Notes under the pieces: model-generated
The model's database searches: none
The model's input: only the letters and a program-made list of their open reading frames with translations
What the model was told of the DNA's origin: nothing
Position numbers and translations under genes: made by a program
Part shown: positions 29,988 through 39,964 of the stretch, piece after piece
Layout: each line of letters begins with the position of its first letter
Numbering within the stretch: position 1 is the stretch's first letter
Virus record (IMG/VR): IMGVR_UViG_3300028840_003271
Coordinates: 106,005 to 170,004 of that record
Direction: 5' to 3' (one strand)
Origin: a virus
DNA: 64,000 bases

Positions 29988-30526
29988 ATGTCTGTTATTT
30001 TGTGTATTGGTACGTGTTTTTTAATTTTACTATAAAGCGTATTTTCAGAATTTCCAGAATAGATTTTATGTAATACATAATTTACAACTAATCCATTTTG
30101 AGTAGCGTTTGGTAAACAGTATAAAATTGGATCTTTTTTATCGTTTTCATCTTTTATAGAGATATTGTGTTGAAATATTTTATCTGCTTCAGTAAAAAAT
30201 TGTTGAAAAGTATCTTTAGGAACAATAAAATTAGACCAAAAAACTGAATAATATGGATAAGTTACAATATCTATTGTCATATCAATTGCTGCTTCGTGTG
30301 ACACTTCTGGATTAACTAAATTTTCCACTCTCCATGGAATTTGTAATGTTTTGATAAAATCTACCAGTGTAGATGGTTTAATTCGTCCACGATATGGATT
30401 TATAATTGTAATATGTGATGGTAGATGTGTTTGCTGTAATAATGACATTACCGTTTTTTTTGTTGCTGTAAAAGAAAACATGTCAGCAAAAACAATCGCT
30501 TGATATTCGTAATCTTGATAACTCAT
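29963..30526 (-). CDS. divergent GT2-like protein
   Basis: 'KTVMSLLQQTHLPSHITII' resembles the GT2 N-terminus. Confidence 0.45.
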   Translation of the reverse strand: MSYQDYEYQAIVFADMFSFTATKKTVMSLLQQTHLPSHITIINPYRGRIKPSTLVDFIKTLQIPWRVENLVNPEVSHEAAIDMTIDIVTYPYYSVFWSNFIVPKDTFQQFFTEADKIFQHNISIKDENDKKDPILYCLPNATQNGLVVNYVLHKIYSGNSENTLYSKIKKHVPIHKITDICPNFPSE

Positions 30527-30541
30527 ATTTTTTCTCCAAAA

Positions 30542-30973
30542 TTAATTTAGTTGTGGTTTTGGTCTCATTGCTCGTATTGAATACTTATGTTGCATGAGAC
30601 GGTTAGAAATGATTGATAAACCAAATTGTTGAAGTTGTGTTTTAGCAGTTTGAAAATCTACACAATTTGTACGACCATAAAAAAGTAAAGTAGACACATC
30701 TTCTAAATTTAATTCTCCACGAACAATAGCATATGCTGTATCAATATAATCGGTTCCTTCAACAATAATATGTCCTCCATATCTTAATTTAGAAATCGCA
30801 ACTTGTAAAACTTGAAAACGGTTTATCAAAAAGTCACAACAATTACCTAGATGTAAAAGCATACAGCTTGATGGTTCTAAATCATTTAATCTTTCTGGTG
30901 GAACCATTTCACAATCTTCAAATTGTGCTGTCATGTTTGAGTGTTGTGGAATAACAATTTGTATTTTATTCAT
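30542..30973 (-). CDS. divergent SAM-methyltransferase-like protein
   Basis: 'SKLRYGGHIIVEGTD' resembles the 'xLKPGGxL' methyltransferase motif; lies in the GT cluster. Confidence 0.4.
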   Translation of the reverse strand: MNKIQIVIPQHSNMTAQFEDCEMVPPERLNDLEPSSCMLLHLGNCCDFLINRFQVLQVAISKLRYGGHIIVEGTDYIDTAYAIVRGELNLEDVSTLLFYGRTNCVDFQTAKTQLQQFGLSIISNRLMQHKYSIRAMRPKPQLN

Positions 30974-30975
30974 AT

Positions 30976-31887
30976 TTATCTCGTATAAACATAGTTATAA
31001 ATTGAGTTAAAAATTTCATTCCATTTTTCTAAATTAGATATTGGAAAAGTTTCAGTAATATATTGTTGATTATCAATTGGTTGTAAATTGTCTATTCTTT
31101 TAAGTAGTAATATGAGTTCGTTTTGACTAGTAAATGAATAATAACGTTTCTCAGGTAATAATGGAGTTTCGTGATGTAATGGAGTACATCCAAAAGTCAT
31201 AGCATATATTGTTGGTAATATCGTATCTTTATTTAAATTGAGATAAAATTTACTTTCTTTTAGAGTATTAAGATAATCTTCTTGTGTATGGTTTTCCAAG
31301 GTGTTAATAACTTTAACTGGTAATTTGCTATATTCTGATATGAGAATTAAATCTTCTTTATTTTCTAACTTACCATATACTAAAATTTGGTCTTTTTTTG
31401 GATAGGATTTTTGTAGAGGAAAAAAATAATCAGCAAGAGTATAGTTTACTTTCCAAGTTTGGTTGACCGTTTTTGATGTAGCAACGTAAAAATGTGCTTT
31501 TTTTTCTCGTTCTAATAAGAAAAGGTCTTCTGTTTTTACTACGTCTGGTGGTGGTAAATGTTCAATTAGTATGAGTGGTATATGTAAGTTGTGTGCTAAT
31601 ATTATTGCTTTATCATAGTTTTTTAGTTTACCTTGGCAGACCACAACATCATAATCTATCATTAAAGATAGACTGTTATGTGCTACTAAAGTATAGAAGT
31701 TTTCTGGTGGTGGTGATGTATTGGTGTCCCATGGAACACACTCTATGTCGTGAGCACCGTAAAATTTGTGTGGTAAGTTTGGTAATAATAAAGTTTCAAA
31801 AAAACCATCATATGGAAACCAAAGAATATTAAGTGGTTCGTTAGTACGGGTTGCTGAACGAATTATGTTATTTATTGGAATAGACAT
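30976..31887 (-). CDS. GT-B (GT4-like) glycosyltransferase-like protein
   Basis: 'YDVVVCQ', 'LHIPLILIEH', 'ESKFYLN...IYAMTFGC'. Confidence 0.6.
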   Translation of the reverse strand: MSIPINNIIRSATRTNEPLNILWFPYDGFFETLLLPNLPHKFYGAHDIECVPWDTNTSPPPENFYTLVAHNSLSLMIDYDVVVCQGKLKNYDKAIILAHNLHIPLILIEHLPPPDVVKTEDLFLLEREKKAHFYVATSKTVNQTWKVNYTLADYFFPLQKSYPKKDQILVYGKLENKEDLILISEYSKLPVKVINTLENHTQEDYLNTLKESKFYLNLNKDTILPTIYAMTFGCTPLHHETPLLPEKRYYSFTSQNELILLLKRIDNLQPIDNQQYITETFPISNLEKWNEIFNSIYNYVYTR

Positions 31888-31889
31888 TT

Positions 31890-32114
31890 TTATTTTTCAA
31901 CCACTTTTAATGGTGCTGGAGCCATAATATCTATTTTTAATATTTGGTCTCGTGTTTTGTTTAATACGGGTTTATTATTTTCGTCAAGTCGAAATTTAAC
32001 TATATGTCCTGTTTTAGTATCACACTCAATAACATAAAAATGTTCTTTATCTTCAGCATCAAAAATACGCATTGGTTTATTAGTTCTTGCTATATCATCA
32101 ACGGTATATATCAT
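31890..32114 (-). CDS. hypothetical protein
   Basis: 74 aa ORF with ATGA overlap to the upstream gene. Confidence 0.6.
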   Translation of the reverse strand: MIYTVDDIARTNKPMRIFDAEDKEHFYVIECDTKTGHIVKFRLDENNKPVLNKTRDQILKIDIMAPAPLKVVEK

Positions 32115-32365
32115 TTTATATCTTCTGGATCTTTATTATAAGTTGGGCTTTCAATATTGGGATTATCCATAGCATCAATAAGTGCTAAACGAATATCATC
32201 AAATCCAGTACGATTAAAATTCTGAATTTCTCCTAATGATGTTTCGTGAAATCTCCATCCACGACCAGTAACAGAATATCTAAACATACATAGGCCGGTA
32301 TAGGACTTTTTATTGTTTTGTTCTTGTATCCAATCTAAAATTTCTGTGTCGGTATATTTATACAT
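32111..32365 (-). CDS. hypothetical protein
   Basis: 84 aa ORF with GAGAAG RBS. Confidence 0.6.
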   Translation of the reverse strand: MYKYTDTEILDWIQEQNNKKSYTGLCMFRYSVTGRGWRFHETSLGEIQNFNRTGFDDIRLALIDAMDNPNIESPTYNKDPEDIK

Positions 32366-32374
32366 TTTTCTTCT

Positions 32375-32914
32375 CTATAAATAATCTTTTCGAATTTTTT
32401 CTACATCTAATGTTTTTAGATTATTATTAATACGATGAATGGCATGACGTAATCCTATATTGTCATTTTGAGTTCGTGCTAAACACACTTCTAAAGGAGT
32501 TGGTATAATTATATATTGAGCGTTTCTATCAATTTCAAAAATACGACGAATACTCCATTCTGTAGAATTTGTTTCGTCAAATAAGATACGATATTTACGA
32601 TTATAAAACGTTCGTAGTGTCGTTAAAATTGCCATTGATACAGCACATTCTCCATTACCACCCTGAACATCACAACCATCTTTATAAGGCTCTGGTCCAT
32701 ATACAGCTTGACGAAACTCATCACCACATATTACTATATCTTTAGGTTTTTTTTCCCAAAAGTTTGCGAAGGTAGTTTTGCCACTACGGGGCAGACCGAT
32801 TGTAAAAAATAAACCAAATTCCTTTACAAAATCATTCCACCTATTTGAATATATATTTGTTTTATGTGTGTTGTTTGTGTTATAATGTTGGAGTATTAAT
32901 TCATGAATAGTCAT
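32375..32914 (-). CDS. P-loop kinase (AAA_33/polynucleotide kinase-like)
   Basis: Walker A GLPRSGKT, 'ICGDEFR', 'DETN', 'TPLEVCLAR'. Confidence 0.8.
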   Translation of the reverse strand: MTIHELILQHYNTNNTHKTNIYSNRWNDFVKEFGLFFTIGLPRSGKTTFANFWEKKPKDIVICGDEFRQAVYGPEPYKDGCDVQGGNGECAVSMAILTTLRTFYNRKYRILFDETNSTEWSIRRIFEIDRNAQYIIIPTPLEVCLARTQNDNIGLRHAIHRINNNLKTLDVEKIRKDYL

Positions 32915-34050
32915 TGTGTTTTCTCTAAAAATTCATTAAATTGTTGTCCTATTTTTTCATAAGAAAATTGTTTTACATGAGATTGATTAATTTGAGAGGT
33001 TTTTATTTTTGTAAGCTCGTCTTGCTCATAAATCTGTCTCATAGCTTTTTGTAGTTCTAAAATAGAAATGGATTGCCAAGTTTCTCGTGCTGTATATAAA
33101 TAAGGTAGTGGTCGGTTATTAGTAACTACTGGTGTTTCAGTGCTTGGTATTATTTTATTAATTGGGTTAATGTAATCTACCATACCCGTATTCTGTGTTA
33201 CTATTACAGAATTACCAAATCCAGCAGCATCTAACATTGGACGACAGCACGCTTCTCCATGAGAAGGCATAACAAAACAATCGCAAATTTGGTGTAAAGC
33301 ACATAATTTATCTTGTGGTAAATGTTCGGTTATAATCCATTCTTTAATATATTGGTCGGTGTTTTGATAAATACCTAAATTTTTCTTAAATTGTAAAATT
33401 TCATTATCTAATTTATCTAAAAGTTGTTGAGGATGTAATCCGGCTTGACTCGTTTTGATAAGTAGACCAACCGGTTCATTAAGTGAAAATTCACGATGAA
33501 ATGCTGTTAAAAGTGCTTTTAGGTTTTTACGAGGTACATGTTCTCCTACAAAATAAAACAAAAATAGATTGTGTAATCCATGCTCCTTCCAAGGTGCTAA
33601 ATTATATTCTTGTTCGTATTTTTGAATATCTATTGCTTCATGTATTACTGATATTGGAGTTGTTACATCACTTTTTTCCAAATTGAGTTTATCCTGATGA
33701 GAAGGAGAAATAATATATTCCATTTGGTTAAGATGGTATGGCCAACTTGTGTGTTGTAAATAAGCAGTTTCAGCAATACCAAAACCAACATATTTTGAAT
33801 TTGTGTCATTAGGAAATTCTAATAAATTTGGAAGAACTTTTTGTATTATTACGTCATAGTGTGATGATTTATTTTGTTCTGCTAATACAATTTGTGGAGG
33901 AATGTTTTCATTTTTTTCAATACTTGTTGACATATAGATGGGTCGTAATGTGATATTATGTTTGGTGGTGAGTAAAGATAAAGCATAAGCACGAGCAGCC
34001 TCACCCCACCCATCAGCAGAACGATAATTACCTATAAATAGAATGTTCAT
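32911..34050 (-). CDS. GT4 glycosyltransferase
   Basis: 'GWGEAAR', 'PRKNLKALL.AF', 'CDCFVMPSHGEACCRPMLDAAGFG'. Confidence 0.85.
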   Translation of the reverse strand: MNILFIGNYRSADGWGEAARAYALSLLTTKHNITLRPIYMSTSIEKNENIPPQIVLAEQNKSSHYDVIIQKVLPNLLEFPNDTNSKYVGFGIAETAYLQHTSWPYHLNQMEYIISPSHQDKLNLEKSDVTTPISVIHEAIDIQKYEQEYNLAPWKEHGLHNLFLFYFVGEHVPRKNLKALLTAFHREFSLNEPVGLLIKTSQAGLHPQQLLDKLDNEILQFKKNLGIYQNTDQYIKEWIITEHLPQDKLCALHQICDCFVMPSHGEACCRPMLDAAGFGNSVIVTQNTGMVDYINPINKIIPSTETPVVTNNRPLPYLYTARETWQSISILELQKAMRQIYEQDELTKIKTSQINQSHVKQFSYEKIGQQFNEFLEKTQ

Positions 34051-36905
34051 TTGTTAAGTTGCTCTTTCATATGAGCATATTCAATAAAGTCTTCTTGAGG
34101 TAACGAAATGTGACCACAACGAATTTTTTCAGCAATATTATGTTCTTTTACTCTATTAAGAATAGATTTAAAAATCATCTCACGATTAATCGATTTTGGT
34201 TTACTACCACCAGTTGAAGCTCCATAGTTTAAGTCGCGTAAAACAGATAATGTGGAATATGTATTAAGTTTTTCTGGTTGACCAAGCAGGTCTCGAAACA
34301 ACCAGTTTATAAATTTAACATTGCTCAATCCAGACGGAATTGATGATGGTTCTGGACGAAAATTTGGAGGAGCAGTGTTCCATTTTCCTTGTAAACCTGT
34401 GAGTTCTACACTGTCAAAATATTCAGACCAAATACGAGCATTTTTATCCCAATTATATTCTTTTTCAGCACCTTGCCTTGCTCGTTTTTTGTTTTTCTCT
34501 CTAAATTGTTCGTCTTTAGTGAAATATTTGTAAAGCTGTTTTGCTAAATAATCATTACTTGGTAGTGCTCGAAGAGAGCGAGTATCGTGTTCGTGAAATA
34601 TTCTTTCTACTTTCAAAGGAATACCATAGGTGTTTCGTACTACATCAGATATTGCTGTAAAATCTGTACCCATTATTGGTATGCCTGATGCTGCTGCTTC
34701 TAACATTGGAATGCCAATTCCCTCACACTGGGGGGTTACACCTATTTTTGTAGTCATAGTATGATCATCTTGAACTTCAATATTCCATACGCCGTCTTGA
34801 TAATCAATTTCTTCAATATTTTTAATTTGTAAAAGATGATAGTTGTCAATATAAACATTTCTACTATTTGATCGTTGTGTATCAAATTCTCCACTAGCAA
34901 TATTTCCACGAATTTCAAATCGATATTGTTTTTGTCTATTGTAGTTGTCATAATTTGTATATTTGTCTCTTTTTGAAATAGATATATTATAATTAATTCG
35001 CAAACGACGCAAAATATATTTAATTTGTATTGCTAATTGTTCGGAAATTGTTGAAAAACTTGATATATTTCTTTGTTTGTAATAACAACCATCACCCATA
35101 AATAAACCAATTAAAATATTTTTTTGTTTTTCTAATGGTAGATTTAATATCCAGCATGGAAACTGTTTTTCTTTTTTCTTTTTGCACATAGATAGAAATG
35201 CATGTTGGTGTAATTTTGAATGAAACATAACATCTATTGCTTTTCTAGATGGATATTTTCTCAATGTTGAATTACCAAATCTATTAAAAATATTATTTGC
35301 TAATGTAATGTTTTCTTTTTCATTTTTATGACATGTAATTTTCATACCACCCGACATAGTTGCATTACCATCAGCAACATACAATCCTAAAAATTTACAA
35401 AAATCGTTATCAATTTTAATATATCGTGGATATGTATTACCATATTTTAATTTTATTATATTGGATTCAATGGTATCTGTATTTTTACTATATTCTTTTA
35501 AGTCTAAATATTTTTTATCTTCAACCGTGTTGTCAATTGGATAAATTAATATATCACCAATCCGTAGTTGTGATAACGGTTGTATGTTTTTATTACACAA
35601 CAATTTAATATAATGTAATTTATTGTTTCTTAAGTCGTTTCCAATTTTTTCTCTTAAGGACCTGTTGCCTTTTGGAAAATCTTTTTGTTGTATACAATAA
35701 AATTTGTGATTATTAGTAGCAACTAATGTTTCATAGTCTGAATGTATGCTTATTTTTTTAATTGGTTGTTTACTACTGTGAGGAAGATTTTTCCATATAT
35801 TTATTATTGGTTTCCATTGATGTTTGTGTGTAAATACTAGATCCCCCAATTTAAGTTGTGGGATAGATTTCCATCCTTGTTTAGTTAAAATACATTCATC
35901 TTTACCTAAACAGGTGGCATATTGAACATAAACATCAAATAATTGATAAACTTCTGCTAATTGTTCTCGTATAAATCCTTCTCCAACACTTGGTAAAACA
36001 CTAGCAACAGAGTTACAAAATGGACAAACCGTTCGAGCGTCTTGAAAAAACGAACAATATGCTTTTTTACATGCTCGACAAACATAACTAAATATTACCT
36101 TGTATCCAAGTTCTGTTTCGTTTAGGAGTTGTGGAAGATGCCATCCCAAATCTGGAAAACTGGTATGGATATATAAATAACTTTTTTGAGCAAGTTCGTC
36201 TTTACCATTATCTTTACAGATTTGTAAATATTGACGAAAAGCGTGTAAAAGGTCTGGATATAATTTTCTCTTTTGGTTTCTCATAACCGTACCAATAATA
36301 AACAAATCGTCTCCCAAATTCCATTTTGCTCGATGTTTTTTAAGATTTTTTGTGGGAGAAAAAAGATTGAGGTCAACTCCAAGTGGATTAGGTTTATAAA
36401 GTTTAATTTTTCCTCCACCCTCTTTTTTTAAACAATCGAAACTCCAGTCTGTATAAGACAATACTCCGTCTGCGTGTAATAGAGTGTCTATCCACTCGTT
36501 TCTATATGGAGTACTATCATAAGTTGGTTGTTCTACCCAATGAAAAAATCTTCTTAAAGGAGAATCGTTGATGTAAAAATCCATCCAAGGGTCTCTTGTC
36601 GCAATGCATATATCTGGACAAAAGTCCAGTAATACTTTATTTAATCTCCAAAGTCCAAATTGATTAGTAGTGTTTGAATTATATTGTTTATATCGTGGAT
36701 GGTTGTCGTGAACAGCATTAGCATAAAATCTCCATTTTACATTACGGTCTCGTGGATCGTTTGTATAGCCATAAGTAGCAAATTCAGCAATGTCATACTT
36801 ATCCATAGCATGAATACGTTTGATTAATTCATTAGCGTAAACTCCAAAACCAGAATTTGTATAACTAGCTTCAGTTACAAAAAGAATCTTTTTTCTTGTT
36901 TGCAC
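34047..36905 (-). CDS. GT4 glycosyltransferase containing an intein
   Basis: 'SGFGVY', 'MRNQKRK'; the catalytic motif YVQYAT|CEGIGIPMLEAAASG is reconstituted after intein removal. Confidence 0.9.
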   Translation of the reverse strand: MQTRKKILFVTEASYTNSGFGVYANELIKRIHAMDKYDIAEFATYGYTNDPRDRNVKWRFYANAVHDNHPRYKQYNSNTTNQFGLWRLNKVLLDFCPDICIATRDPWMDFYINDSPLRRFFHWVEQPTYDSTPYRNEWIDTLLHADGVLSYTDWSFDCLKKEGGGKIKLYKPNPLGVDLNLFSPTKNLKKHRAKWNLGDDLFIIGTVMRNQKRKLYPDLLHAFRQYLQICKDNGKDELAQKSYLYIHTSFPDLGWHLPQLLNETELGYKVIFSYVCRACKKAYCSFFQDARTVCPFCNSVASVLPSVGEGFIREQLAEVYQLFDVYVQYATCLGKDECILTKQGWKSIPQLKLGDLVFTHKHQWKPIINIWKNLPHSSKQPIKKISIHSDYETLVATNNHKFYCIQQKDFPKGNRSLREKIGNDLRNNKLHYIKLLCNKNIQPLSQLRIGDILIYPIDNTVEDKKYLDLKEYSKNTDTIESNIIKLKYGNTYPRYIKIDNDFCKFLGLYVADGNATMSGGMKITCHKNEKENITLANNIFNRFGNSTLRKYPSRKAIDVMFHSKLHQHAFLSMCKKKKEKQFPCWILNLPLEKQKNILIGLFMGDGCYYKQRNISSFSTISEQLAIQIKYILRRLRINYNISISKRDKYTNYDNYNRQKQYRFEIRGNIASGEFDTQRSNSRNVYIDNYHLLQIKNIEEIDYQDGVWNIEVQDDHTMTTKIGVTPQCEGIGIPMLEAAASGIPIMGTDFTAISDVVRNTYGIPLKVERIFHEHDTRSLRALPSNDYLAKQLYKYFTKDEQFREKNKKRARQGAEKEYNWDKNARIWSEYFDSVELTGLQGKWNTAPPNFRPEPSSIPSGLSNVKFINWLFRDLLGQPEKLNTYSTLSVLRDLNYGASTGGSKPKSINREMIFKSILNRVKEHNIAEKIRCGHISLPQEDFIEYAHMKEQLNK
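34728..35912 (-). mobile_element. intein with LAGLIDADG endonuclease (395 aa) in the glycosyltransferase; ends Pro-Gln
   Basis: Starts CLGKDECILT; block B 'ATNNHKF'; LAGLIDADG motifs 'LGLYVADG' and 'LIGLFMGDG'; block F 'VWNIEV'; ends GVTPQ before a +1 Cys. Confidence 0.9.
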
Positions 36906-37365
36906 GATTTACCTTTTTTATCAAGTTGTGGTAAATTTTATTTGACCATCCACGATTTTTATGAAATTTACGATCAATATCACGATAGGAATAATTTTGT
37001 AATTTTAAAGATATGATTTGTTTTTCAAGTTTTGTAAGGTTGTTTGGAAAGTATTCCCAAATATTATGATGTCGAGAAGATTCTGGTTCTTTTACCAAAT
37101 TGTTCATATTGTCTCGATATTTTTTTTCTGAGTTCAAATATTTAATTATTGACCAGCGAATATGAAAATATATCCAACTAGATAAGGCAGTATTACGGTT
37201 TGGATTATAACTTAATACCGCTTCCCACAATCCTAAACAACCACATGAAAAATACTCATCAAATTCTGTATTATTATGAGGAGAAAAAGATTTAACAATT
37301 TTTGTGACTAGATAAAAATATGAACTTACTAACTCATTATAATTACTAGTCTTGGTTTGGATTAT
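36871..37365 (-). CDS. sigma70-family RNA polymerase sigma factor (regions 2 and 4); start uncertain
   Basis: The frame is open 51 codons upstream of the track's TTG and reads NELVSSYFYLVTKIVKSF...EFDEYFSCGCLGLWEAVLSYNP...LSSWIYFHIRWSI (region 2); region 4 'LTKLEKQIISLKLQNYSYRDI'. Confidence 0.75.
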   Translation of the reverse strand: MIQTKTSNYNELVSSYFYLVTKIVKSFSPHNNTEFDEYFSCGCLGLWEAVLSYNPNRNTALSSWIYFHIRWSIIKYLNSEKKYRDNMNNLVKEPESSRHHNIWEYFPNNLTKLEKQIISLKLQNYSYRDIDRKFHKNRGWSNKIYHNLIKKVNRANKKKDSFCN

Positions 37366-37702
37366 CGTTACGATTACGTCCCATCATTTGAAAATGTGTA
37401 ACTCGCACTAACATACGAGATCGTTTTTGACCATCATCAGTTTCCCAACGATGTTCTTTTAACATACCTTCTACAAGTAATGGAGAACCTTTGCTAAGGT
37501 ATTTAGTAGCAGTTTCAGCAGCAGTGTCCCACATTTCTAAGGGCACAAAACAAGTTTCTTTAGATGTAGAACCATCAGATTTTTTAAAACTTCGTCCAAC
37601 GGCAAGTACAAGATTGCATACGGTTACGTCTCGACCTTTAGCATTTACGACTTTGGTTTCAGGATCTCGTGCTAAATTACCATAAAGAATAACTTTATTC
37701 AT
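37346..37702 (-). CDS. ssb: single-stranded DNA-binding protein
   Basis: 'MNKVILYGNLARDPE...LSKGSPLLVEG.L....WETDDGQKRS'; lacks the acidic DDIPF tail. Confidence 0.95.
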   Translation of the reverse strand: MNKVILYGNLARDPETKVVNAKGRDVTVCNLVLAVGRSFKKSDGSTSKETCFVPLEMWDTAAETATKYLSKGSPLLVEGMLKEHRWETDDGQKRSRMLVRVTHFQMMGRNRNDNPNQD

Positions 37703-37821
37703 TTAATAATCTCCAATAATAAGTTAAGTGTGTAAGTAAAAAAATGGATATGTATTTGTTTATTTTAACGTTACTTCCCAGTGCGTTATGAATGGTATAA
37801 ACAAAACCACGTTCCTCTATT

Positions 37822-37852
37822 ATTATAGTACCAAGTTTTGAGCAAAAGTGAA
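37822..37852 (-). promoter_or_regulatory. possible host-sigma70-type promoter upstream of ssb
   Basis: - strand reads TTCACT-N16-TACTAT with an extended TG and an overlapping TATAAT, in a 180-nt intergenic gap. Confidence 0.35.
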
Positions 37853-37882
37853 GTAACAAAATGAAAATTTTACGAAAATTTC

Positions 37883-39964
37883 TTAAATTTGTAGAACATT
37901 CTCAACCAAAAATGAATCTTTTTTCTGGTCACCTCTTTTTCCACGAAGCATTACGTGATTATTTTGAACTAATAAACTTTTACATTTTAACCAAACATCT
38001 GGAAAAACTACAATTGAAGACAATTTTCCTGTGAGATCTGATCCTTCAACAAATGCCATTTTTTGACCAGGATTTTTACCTTTTTTAGTTTTAATTTCAC
38101 GAACTTCATCTACACATATTGGAAGCATAATAATTGGATTAGAATTATTACCAGTCAAAAACTCTTTAATATTACAATTAGCATCTTCAATATTACAACT
38201 TTCAACACTAGAATGTGTTAATGAAATACCTAATAAAGATTCTTCTAAACCAGCCACCCATTCTGGTGAATCTTTCAAACTATGTGGGGGATGTTGTAGT
38301 TGTTTGACTAAATCTTCAATTTTAGCAACTCTATTTTTATTTGCACACCCCCCATCTTTACCAGCAGAAGTAGTGGATAAGTTTTCAAGCAGTTGTGTGA
38401 GAGAAGAAAATTGTGTAAGTCGTTTTTCACACCATGACTGTTCACGAGATGATAATTTAGAGTAAATTTCAAATTCATACAACATTTGAGACCGCAATAT
38501 TTTCAAATGTGATAATGAACCAACCGAGATGAGTGCTGTAATTGCTTTTGAATTTACATATTGGGATATTTTTACAAGAAATTCTAACCACGTAATTTTG
38601 TCTGTATTTATTTTTTCTCTCGATAAATGTTTTTGTAATTTAGATATTGCGGATTTACCCACTCCTTTAATGTCTGATAATCCAAAATAGATTTTTTTAT
38701 CAATAAGTTTGAAGTGTGAATTTAAATGCATAATTGATGGTGGAAGTATTTCTAAATCATATCTTCGAGTGTCGTTGATAATTTCATTAATTTCTTGTTG
38801 TGGTTTTTGTTTATCTTTAGCATAATATAAATAAGAAGTGTAAAATGCTCGTTTAAAATGTGCTTTACAATAAGCACTTAAATATGTGTTCATGGCATAA
38901 CTTACACTATGGGAATTTGAGGTTGCTATACCATTGGCATAAAATAGGTGTTCGTCGTTGTTGACTTCTATATCTATTGTTGGTGATAATCCTATATATT
39001 TAACGTCCCCCCAATCAATTTGTCCATCTATTTCATATTCTTGTCCAAAACGGTCAAAGATTTGTTTGTAATATTGAACATTGTGTTTTTTAGAAATCTG
39101 TTGAATAGATCTAATAATACCATCTTTACAAAGAAATTTATGATCTTTAGTGCATCTAATTGGTTGTTCAAGTCCCCAAAATTTATATTCGTATAATTCT
39201 TTTTGACCATTATGATATATATTTTTTACTTTACAAAATTGATGTTTATATGGATGATTTTTAACAGGACATTTAATGTAATTACCAATTTTAATATCTT
39301 TTAATGGTATTAGAATATTATTTGGTTTTTCTACATATGTAGTTTTGGGACATAAACATTTGTTGAACGAGTATCTTTGAGCACTTTCGATCCAACTAAA
39401 AATTTCTTCTGCTTCTTGTTCGTTTACTACACCCTTTTGTTTAGTACCTTCAATAAATTGTTTTTTGACTTGTGCCATTTTTTCTGGACGTTTTTTTCCT
39501 ATGGCCTTTCTTAATAATTCTGCTTGTGTTAAATTAAAACCAGCAACATCAACAGTAATTTGTAAAGCAGATTCTTGAAAGACCAAAATTCCGTATGTTT
39601 TTTCCAAAGCATTTTTCAATGATGGATGGAAATATTTAATTTCATCTTTACCGTTTTTTCTATCAATATAATGTTCGGTTAGACTTTTACCATCTAACTT
39701 ACTTTCTAATGGTCCTGGACGAAGCAAAGCATTTAGAGCCGCTAATTGTTCAATATTTTGTGGTTTAAGTGCTTTTGCAAAATGTTGACCTAGGTGAGAT
39801 TCAAGTTGGAAACACCCTTTAACTAGACCACTACTAATTAAATTCCAAGTTCGACTACAATCGAGTGGTATTTTGTTAATATCTGGTTCAAATTTTAAAG
39901 AAAAGGGATCTTCTGATAAAATTTCAAAAGAACAACCACAATCTTCAAATGTAAATTTTTTCAT
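37883..39964 (-). CDS. dnaE: DNA polymerase III alpha, C-terminal part (fingers/HhH/OB), with mini-intein
   Basis: 'IPLD', 'GCFQLES', 'ALLRPGP', 'TYGILVFQE', 'LRKAIGKK', 'YSFNK|SHSVSY', 'FGLSDIKGVG', OB fold 'KMAFV...VVFP'. Confidence 0.92.
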   Translation of the reverse strand: MKKFTFEDCGCSFEILSEDPFSLKFEPDINKIPLDCSRTWNLISSGLVKGCFQLESHLGQHFAKALKPQNIEQLAALNALLRPGPLESKLDGKSLTEHYIDRKNGKDEIKYFHPSLKNALEKTYGILVFQESALQITVDVAGFNLTQAELLRKAIGKKRPEKMAQVKKQFIEGTKQKGVVNEQEAEEIFSWIESAQRYSFNKCLCPKTTYVEKPNNILIPLKDIKIGNYIKCPVKNHPYKHQFCKVKNIYHNGQKELYEYKFWGLEQPIRCTKDHKFLCKDGIIRSIQQISKKHNVQYYKQIFDRFGQEYEIDGQIDWGDVKYIGLSPTIDIEVNNDEHLFYANGIATSNSHSVSYAMNTYLSAYCKAHFKRAFYTSYLYYAKDKQKPQQEINEIINDTRRYDLEILPPSIMHLNSHFKLIDKKIYFGLSDIKGVGKSAISKLQKHLSREKINTDKITWLEFLVKISQYVNSKAITALISVGSLSHLKILRSQMLYEFEIYSKLSSREQSWCEKRLTQFSSLTQLLENLSTTSAGKDGGCANKNRVAKIEDLVKQLQHPPHSLKDSPEWVAGLEESLLGISLTHSSVESCNIEDANCNIKEFLTGNNSNPIIMLPICVDEVREIKTKKGKNPGQKMAFVEGSDLTGKLSSIVVFPDVWLKCKSLLVQNNHVMLRGKRGDQKKDSFLVENVLQI
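38915..39358 (-). mobile_element. mini-intein (148 aa, no endonuclease) in DnaE
   Basis: CLCPKTT...'CTKDHKF'...'TIDIEV...HLFYANGIATSN', then +1 Ser of FNK|SHS. Confidence 0.9.
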
